Assembly: GCA_028714495.1 (NCBI GenBank)
Contig: JAQTMH010000001.1
Span: forward strand, 73,721 to 137,720
Direction: 5' to 3'
Source of the DNA: Patescibacteria group bacterium
GTDB lineage: Bacteria > Patescibacteriota > Patescibacteriia > JAHIZJ01
Length of the DNA: 64,000 nt
Part shown: piece by piece, positions 57,832-64,000 of the stretch
Position numbering within the stretch: position 1 is the first letter of the stretch
Layout of the letters: every line of letters begins with the position of its first letter
Position numbers and translations under genes: made by a program
Notes under the pieces: model-generated
Databases searched by the model: none
What the model saw: the letters and a program-made list of their open reading frames with translations, nothing else
Told to the model about the DNA's origin: nothing

Positions 57832-57999
57832 ATTAGGACTTACGCGTTTGAGCCAAGTTCAAGGAAAAATGCGAGGATTTTGCGAGGCGTAGTCAAACTA
57901 CGACGAGCAAAAACGAAGCATTTTGACGAAGAAATTGGCCAAAGCCGCTGATGGAACCGGCTTCGCCGGGCCGAAAGCGGCAAGCGCGTAAGTCCTAAT
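57832..57999. mobile_element. MITE-like element (168 bp)
   Basis: Perfect 15-bp terminal IR ATTAGGACTTACGCG / CGCGTAAGTCCTAAT, internal hairpins, no coding capacity. Confidence 0.7.
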
Positions 58000-58946
58000 T
58001 ATTTCAGCTCAATGCAGTCCAGGGCATTATAATACATATTGGCGCTGGTCTCAGTATTCCACTGCAACGCAATGGTATGGGTTCCAGCCGCGACTGACAA
58101 AATCGCGTGCGTCTCAAGGCTGGCAGAACTGACGAGACCCGAAGAAGTCCTGGTAATGCGTATGGTCCGAGGGACCAAGACGCCATCGAGCAGCATCTGC
58201 ACCCTGATTAATTCATAATCATTTATTGTGTCGCCGTACCCGCTCCAAGTGCAAAACATCGAACTGTCTCCAGTGGTAATCGACAACGAAGTTAAGGTAT
58301 CGAAGTCAGCACCCGACTTGGTTGTGTTTTCAGATGAAGTAAGCGTTCCTTCAACCCCTTGTGTAACTCCAAGGCTGGCCAGATCAGCGGAAGTTATTGT
58401 CCCGTCAGTGATTTTCGCGCTAGTAATCGAGCTGTCAGCCAGATCAGCCGTTGCAATTGTCCCATCGTAGATTTTCGCGGTCGTCACCGAATCACTGGCC
58501 AGATTATCAAGGCTGACAATACCCGAACCGACTAAGCTAGAGGCTGTCAAAGCACCGGTGGTCAATGAGTTTGACGTTAAATAACCGGCAACTTCTATGT
58601 TGTCATTAACCAGGAGGGGTTGCGTATCGCCTGTTCCGGCAATTGCTCCCCGGTAAAGGCGTCCGTCAATTCGAACATTATCGCCGAAAGTGACTGGATT
58701 ATCAGAATTGCCCGTTCCAGTCGTGCTGTTAACGATGGTGCCATTGAAAAAAGTCACACCGCCAGTTCCCTGCCGGCCAACTTTGATCGAATCAAACATC
58801 ATCGTGCCTTTGACGTCAAAGGTATCGCCAGTCGCGCCGCCCAGCGTTCCCGTAATGTTGTGGCTAGCCGCGTAAACAATGGTGGCGCCGGTAAAAACCG
58901 AGGCTATTCCTACGCAGAGGGAATAAATTAGTCTCGCTTTTTTCAT
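57999..58946 (-). CDS. Secreted protein with ADxSITSAKI-type repeats
   Basis: Signal peptide; LASDSVTTAKI / LADSSITSAKI repeats; C-terminal beta domain. Confidence 0.8.
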   Translation of the reverse strand: MKKARLIYSLCVGIASVFTGATIVYAASHNITGTLGGATGDTFDVKGTMMFDSIKVGRQGTGGVTFFNGTIVNSTTGTGNSDNPVTFGDNVRIDGRLYRGAIAGTGDTQPLLVNDNIEVAGYLTSNSLTTGALTASSLVGSGIVSLDNLASDSVTTAKIYDGTIATADLADSSITSAKITDGTITSADLASLGVTQGVEGTLTSSENTTKSGADFDTLTSLSITTGDSSMFCTWSGYGDTINDYELIRVQMLLDGVLVPRTIRITRTSSGLVSSASLETHAILSVAAGTHTIALQWNTETSANMYYNALDCIELK

Positions 58947-58974
58947 AAGTTTTATCTTAATAATTTACTCTTGC

Positions 58975-61947
58975 TTATTCTTCCAAAACCCGGAAGTTTG
59001 GGCCGCCGTTCGAGCGAGGCATAGTCACAATTTCCGCCTTGCCGTCTTTATCCACGTCGCCAGCCGCAACAATCAAACCGCCAGTCACTCCCTTAGCATA
59101 CGGCCGGATTTCTTTTATGGGCGTAAACTGCCGCTTGTTGTATATACGCACATAGGAATCCATGCCGATTCCCGAACCGACAATTATCTCACCGGTGCCA
59201 TTGCCGTCATAATCAGCTCCGGCTACAGATACTCCGCCTTTGTAACTCGAGTCAAAGGCGTAAAACCCGGGATTCAGCCGTTTCACTTGGCCTGGGATAA
59301 GAGTGAAAAACTGGATGTGCGGCGACCCATATTCAGGACCGGTGATAATTTCATCCTTACCGTCGCCGTCACTGTCAAAAGTAGCCACGGTAATTCCTCC
59401 GCGGAAGGTGTTTTTGTCGTAAGCGAAGAAATTGCCGATTATCCGGCCGTCAGCCTGGTGAACCGTGACTTGCGCGCCGCCGCCCTTACCCGCGGTAACA
59501 ATAATTTCGTCTAGTCCGTTGCCGTTGACATCACCTGAAGCCACATAGGCTCCCCCTTTAAATTTACCATCAAGCGCGTAAAAACCATCCTTATCAACAT
59601 CGGGATTACCTTTAGCGTCGTAAATCTTAACTAGAGGCGTTGCGCCAGGCCCTGGCACTGTAATAATTTCATCATATCCGTCACCATCTAAATCGCCAGT
59701 GGTAATCCGCACGCCGGCTCTGAGGTTTGAGTCGTAGGCGAAAAACGACCCCAACACCTTTCCGTCCTTATCAAATATCCTGACCTGAGGACCGAAACCT
59801 TGGCCGGTTCCGGTAATTATTTCTTCGGCTTCATCGCCCATTACATTTCCCACGGCAATAGCCCAGCCGCCCCGAAGCTTAGAATTATAAGCCATAAAGC
59901 TTTTGCCAGGAGCCACGGTGTCGCGCGGACTCGGGACCGTCGAATCTAAATCGATAGTTCTAATCAAATCGTTTCGAAAGTCAGTGACATAAAGAGTGGT
60001 GTTGAGAAAAGCCATGCCTTTTGGCGCGTCCCATTCAGCCACCTCTTTTGTTCCATTGACCTTGCCGCGCTCGCCAGAGCCGGAGACCAGAGAAGTTTTT
60101 TGGGCGGTTAAATCAAGCTTTCGAACCCGCAAGCTGCCGGCTTCGGAGATATATAGATTCCCGTCAGGCCCGCGCTTGATGTTTTCCGGAATGCCCAGAA
60201 CCGCTTCTTTGAAACTGCCTTCTTTATAACCCTGCTTGCCTGTGCCGACCAGCGTGGTGACTTGGTTGTTGGCCAGGTTAATCGCTCGAACCGCGTGATT
60301 ATATTTATCCGCCACATAAAGAGTCTTATTGTCAGACGACAGGGCTACGGTAAAAGGGCCGTTAAAAGTGGCATTATTGCCAATGCCGTTAACGAATCCG
60401 CTGGCCCCGGAGCCGGCGATTAACGAGGTTTGACCGGTCGCGATAACTACTTTTCTAATCCGGTTGTTGCTGCCGTCAGCGATGTAAAGAGTTTTGCCGT
60501 CGCTGGTCAGGGCTAAGCCGGTCGGCCGGTTGAAATAGGCGCAGCCGCTCACCCCGAGCGAAAACTGACCGTCGCAGGGGCCGCCTTCCTGGTAACCATT
60601 ATTAGAATCTTGATCGGAATTGAATTCTCCGGCGCCGGTGATATAGCTGGTTTGCCCAGTTTCAACATTTAGCGAACGAATGCGATTATTGTTCCGATCA
60701 ACCAAATATAGGGTCTTACCGTCCGCTGACATGGCCGTGCTGATCACATCGCTGAAACGGGCGGTTTCGCCGGCAGCCTCGAGATAATTATCCATCGCGT
60801 TTCCAGCTAAGTGGGTTAATTCGTCATTCCAGAGATCATACTTCGCTATTTTATTTCCTTGCGAGTAAACAATGTATAAAATTTTTCCGTCAGGAGAAAA
60901 GGCGACATCCTGGGGATGGCCGATTAACGCTACGCCGGCATTTCCAGTGTCATCGCCATAGCGGTGCTTGCCGGCAATCTGCCGCATATCCTCACCATTA
61001 ATATCAAAGGTGAAAATACTGGAGCCGCCGCCCTGGAGAATATAGATCCTAGGCGTTCCATTGTCCTCGCGGACAAAGATATCTGAACCCATATTCAGCC
61101 ATTCAGTTTCTCGTCTTTCGGCCAATTCAGTCTTTTCTCCGGTTGTTGGGCTGATTCGCCAGATCTCGTTCCAAACTCCGTTTTCACCAGCCGTAACGTA
61201 AATATTGCCATTATAATAAGTTATGGCTCGCGGCTCGGTAAAGCCAGAGGCCAGAACAGTTTTGGCTTTCGTGGAAATATTTATCTTGATAATCTTGCCC
61301 GAGCCGAAATCCGCGACATAAAGATTGTCGCCGCCCTGGACGATTTTCATAGGAGTGCTCAAACCAGTGGAGATTTCCGTGAGCGCGCCTCCAGATTTCG
61401 AAACTTTGACAATCCGGTTGTTGCCGGTGTCAGCAAAGTAAAGGTCTGAGCCGCTTATGATAATGCCTTCGGGTACTGATAAGGCTTTTGCTCCGGTGAC
61501 AGTCAGAGTTGTCACCTTGCCGGCTGAATCGATTTTGCGTATCCGGCTGCTTCCCGCGTCAGCGACAAAGAAAGAACCGTCGCTTGAACTGTAGGCAATG
61601 CCCTTGGGATAACCAAAAGAAGCTAGCGTCCGAGAACCATCTTGGCGTCCCCACTCGCCAGTTCCGGCGAAAGTCGTGATTACACTGTTAGCGTCAATTT
61701 TTCTGATGACGTTATTGTTGGTATCGGCAATGTAGATATTGCCCGCTCCGTCATGAGTGAACCCCTGCGGCATATCCAGGTAGGCGTCAATCGCCGGTCC
61801 ATTATCGCCAGTATACATTTTTCCCAGGAAAGTGCCGGTGTCGCCAAAAGCCGCGAAGACCGCCTGGTTAAAAATAAAAACGCCTCCAGCAATAAGGAGA
61901 AGGCCTAATAATACTCTAATGGGAAAAATAAATGGTTGTTTGCTCAT
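58975..61947 (-). CDS. Secreted NHL-repeat protein with FG-GAP/VCBS-like C-terminus
   Basis: Many YIAD..NN.IRKI NHL repeats; GDLDGDG / GPQVRIF repeats; start reassigned to MSKQPF. Confidence 0.92.
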   Translation of the reverse strand: MSKQPFIFPIRVLLGLLLIAGGVFIFNQAVFAAFGDTGTFLGKMYTGDNGPAIDAYLDMPQGFTHDGAGNIYIADTNNNVIRKIDANSVITTFAGTGEWGRQDGSRTLASFGYPKGIAYSSSDGSFFVADAGSSRIRKIDSAGKVTTLTVTGAKALSVPEGIIISGSDLYFADTGNNRIVKVSKSGGALTEISTGLSTPMKIVQGGDNLYVADFGSGKIIKINISTKAKTVLASGFTEPRAITYYNGNIYVTAGENGVWNEIWRISPTTGEKTELAERRETEWLNMGSDIFVREDNGTPRIYILQGGGSSIFTFDINGEDMRQIAGKHRYGDDTGNAGVALIGHPQDVAFSPDGKILYIVYSQGNKIAKYDLWNDELTHLAGNAMDNYLEAAGETARFSDVISTAMSADGKTLYLVDRNNNRIRSLNVETGQTSYITGAGEFNSDQDSNNGYQEGGPCDGQFSLGVSGCAYFNRPTGLALTSDGKTLYIADGSNNRIRKVVIATGQTSLIAGSGASGFVNGIGNNATFNGPFTVALSSDNKTLYVADKYNHAVRAINLANNQVTTLVGTGKQGYKEGSFKEAVLGIPENIKRGPDGNLYISEAGSLRVRKLDLTAQKTSLVSGSGERGKVNGTKEVAEWDAPKGMAFLNTTLYVTDFRNDLIRTIDLDSTVPSPRDTVAPGKSFMAYNSKLRGGWAIAVGNVMGDEAEEIITGTGQGFGPQVRIFDKDGKVLGSFFAYDSNLRAGVRITTGDLDGDGYDEIITVPGPGATPLVKIYDAKGNPDVDKDGFYALDGKFKGGAYVASGDVNGNGLDEIIVTAGKGGGAQVTVHQADGRIIGNFFAYDKNTFRGGITVATFDSDGDGKDEIITGPEYGSPHIQFFTLIPGQVKRLNPGFYAFDSSYKGGVSVAGADYDGNGTGEIIVGSGIGMDSYVRIYNKRQFTPIKEIRPYAKGVTGGLIVAAGDVDKDGKAEIVTMPRSNGGPNFRVLEE

Positions 61948-62136
61948 TGTTGTATAATTTAATTGTTTGGTAACATTATTATACCAAAAATAAGGATGTA
62001 GATCAAAGAAGCTTACGGAATCAGGCAAAATAACAAAAACGCCTCATCCAATAAAATTTGACATAAAAAATATATCACAGTAAGCTGGATAGCTGATTTA
62101 TGTGTTGGAGTTCTTTCTAAATACAAGGAGGAACAG

Positions 62137-62349
62137 ATGCCGAAATGGATGTTTTTCGTCCAGAACGTGGACGGCTCAAGCCTGGGTACATTCCAGCAGA
62201 CTCTCCCAGAGACTCCCCGCGTCGGAGACAGCTTCAGTGTAGACTGGGATTCTCGCGGTGGCCGCCTGATCAAGGGAAGATATCAATACACCAGCGTCAA
62301 TGATCATTGCCATCAGGCCGTAATCAAGCTCGTGACTCCAGCCAGTTAG
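62137..62349 (+). CDS. Small hypothetical protein
   Basis: AAGGAGG SD, TTGACA at 62058, terminator aaaccactc..gagtggttttt. Confidence 0.6.
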   Translation: MPKWMFFVQNVDGSSLGTFQQTLPETPRVGDSFSVDWDSRGGRLIKGRYQYTSVNDHCHQAVIKLVTPAS

Positions 62350-62390
62350 CTGAACCGTTTTCCAAACCACTCAAGCCCGAGTGGTTTTTC

Positions 62391-62716
62391 TTTGCCCGTG
62401 GCTCCGATAATAAACCAAACTCCCCGAGCCTCCGCGCTTGGGGAATTAACGCGTTTTAGTAGTATCGTATCCTTTATCCGCCTCTTCGGCGGATCTTTGC
62501 CCTAGGCTTCGTCAATGTAAATAGAGAGTAAGGACTCCCTATACTTCAAACTGACTTTAGCCAGGTTAGTATTGATAACTCCACCATTGCCGTGCCAGTA
62601 TAACACGTATTATTGTTAACTAATGTTTATCCGCCTCCCCCCGGCACAGAGGCCGGGGCTCGGCGGTCCGCCCCGCACCCGAAGTGGTGTGGGGGGTTCT
62701 TTGCCTGTGGCTCCGC
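62391..62716. repeat. Cluster of REP-like repeats and palindromes
   Basis: Three TTTGCCY-W-GGCTYCG copies, ATCCGCC-TCTTC-GGCGGAT, and matches to 6843-7047. Confidence 0.8.
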
Positions 62717-62868
62717 TTAAGTATGCAGTGAAATCATTGTATTAAGTCTCTACGATTGTTGGTGTGAAGGCAAAGAAAAAGGCGGCGCGGGTCAGATGAC
62801 CGTTGCCGCCTGAGCGTGTCGGTGCAGCATCGCTGCCCCTTCACACCGGTGACGCGTCTCGTGTAGCG

Positions 62869-62919
62869 TCAGCTGGTGTTCCGGGTCGAAATGCTGCCAC
62901 GCCCATTGCTTCGCCTCAT
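62869..62919 (-). CDS. 16-aa micro-ORF (MRRSNGRGSISTRNTS)
   Basis: GGGGAGGTG SD, own promoter (63027-63056) and terminator (62776-62810). Confidence 0.45.
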   Translation of the reverse strand: MRRSNGRGSISTRNTS

Positions 62920-63141
62920 AGTGCACCTCCCCTTTCAAGGATGGCTACTACGTCCCCCGCGAAACGCTTCGACGGGGGCTCGGCGTGTGCGCATGCGCAA
63001 TCAACTCGCGCATGCATGCAGTAGGCAATATATCATAACGAATATTTTCAAGTCAAGCTATTTATTCACAACCAAAAAAGCCCCCAGGATTCTGAGAACT
63101 TTCTTGTGACTTTCCTTTTTTGAAAAGTCCCGGCGGTTTAC

Positions 63142-63420
<279 letters not shown>

Positions 63421-63630
63421 TTTCTCTTTTTCCTTACTTAACTTATTAATTCGCACTCTCTTTAGGAAGACCTTTCCCCTATTTTATCCTGGGAGAAATA
63501 CCTAAAAAGACTTGCACCTAAACGATAGCTGAAAGCGCGATGACTGTCAAGAATCGGGATTTGTCCGGTTGTCGGATATCTGATAAGCTATTATTGACTC
63601 GGGATTAAGCATTAACTCATTTCTAAAATT

Positions 63631-64000
63631 ATGAATCAAAAGGGTTTTATTTCTATCATCGCCATTATTTTAATAGTAGCTGGCGCGATTTTAGTCGCCT
63701 CATATTATACCAACCGCGGTTCTGGCAATGTCGCGAATGAAACTCGCGATGTCTCTAATTTTAAGAGAATCTCGCTCAGCGGCGTGGGCAATCTAAAAAT
63801 TACGCAAGGTGATACTGAGGGTTTAAAGATCGAGGCCGAAGACAACCTGATCAAGAAAATCGAAACTAAGGTTGAGGCCGGCACTCTCAAAATCGGATAC
63901 AAGCATTGGTGGTCGTTCGGTTTGATCTGGCCGACCAAAGACGTAAACTTTTTCCTCACCGTGAAAGAGCTCGAAGCGATCACCATCTCCGGCTCCGGCT
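63631..64000 (+). CDS. DUF2807 (GIN/head domain) protein, partial
   Basis: MNQKGF + TM helix, GSGNVANETRDVSNF..I.LSGVGNL.ITQG..IEAEDNL; runs off the window. Confidence 0.85.
   Translation, partial: MNQKGFISIIAIILIVAGAILVASYYTNRGSGNVANETRDVSNFKRISLSGVGNLKITQGDTEGLKIEAEDNLIKKIETKVEAGTLKIGYKHWWSFGLIWPTKDVNFFLTVKELEAITISGSG

Overview
Chromosomal window from a bacterium that looks like a Patescibacteria/CPR genome. This is inferred from gene content, SD-less AT-rich leaders on core genes, N/T-rich secreted proteins and FG-GAP surface proteins; standard code 11 is used. The core genes are leuS (partial), comM, lspA, cmk, pnp, rpsO, a XerC/D recombinase, two RRM proteins, ABC/MacAB transporters and a two-component system. 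They are interspersed with GC-rich single-gene cassettes, a low-GC XRE/IrrE islet and a 7.2-kb integrative element at tRNA-His that carries a large serine recombinase, a rolling-circle-type Rep, a C5-MTase/REase pair and a Panacea TA pair. Five features stand out. (1) Both tRNA genes (Arg-TCT, His-GTG) are intact copies nested inside the anticodon loop of decayed copies of the same tRNA, bracketed by CCCGCCCG...CGGGCGGG inverted repeats, with further palindromes inserted at recurrent tRNA positions; a GIY-YIG nuclease lies next to the Arg locus. (2) A ~400-nt promoter- and terminator-bounded, G.U-supported structured RNA candidate lies upstream of lspA. (3) LeuRS carries four extra in-frame domains. 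(4) The att site lies inside the recombinase gene, and its detached C-terminal tail sits at the other element end. (5) Several stand-alone micro-ORF transcription units are present. All calls come from manual reading and motif recognition; no searches were run.
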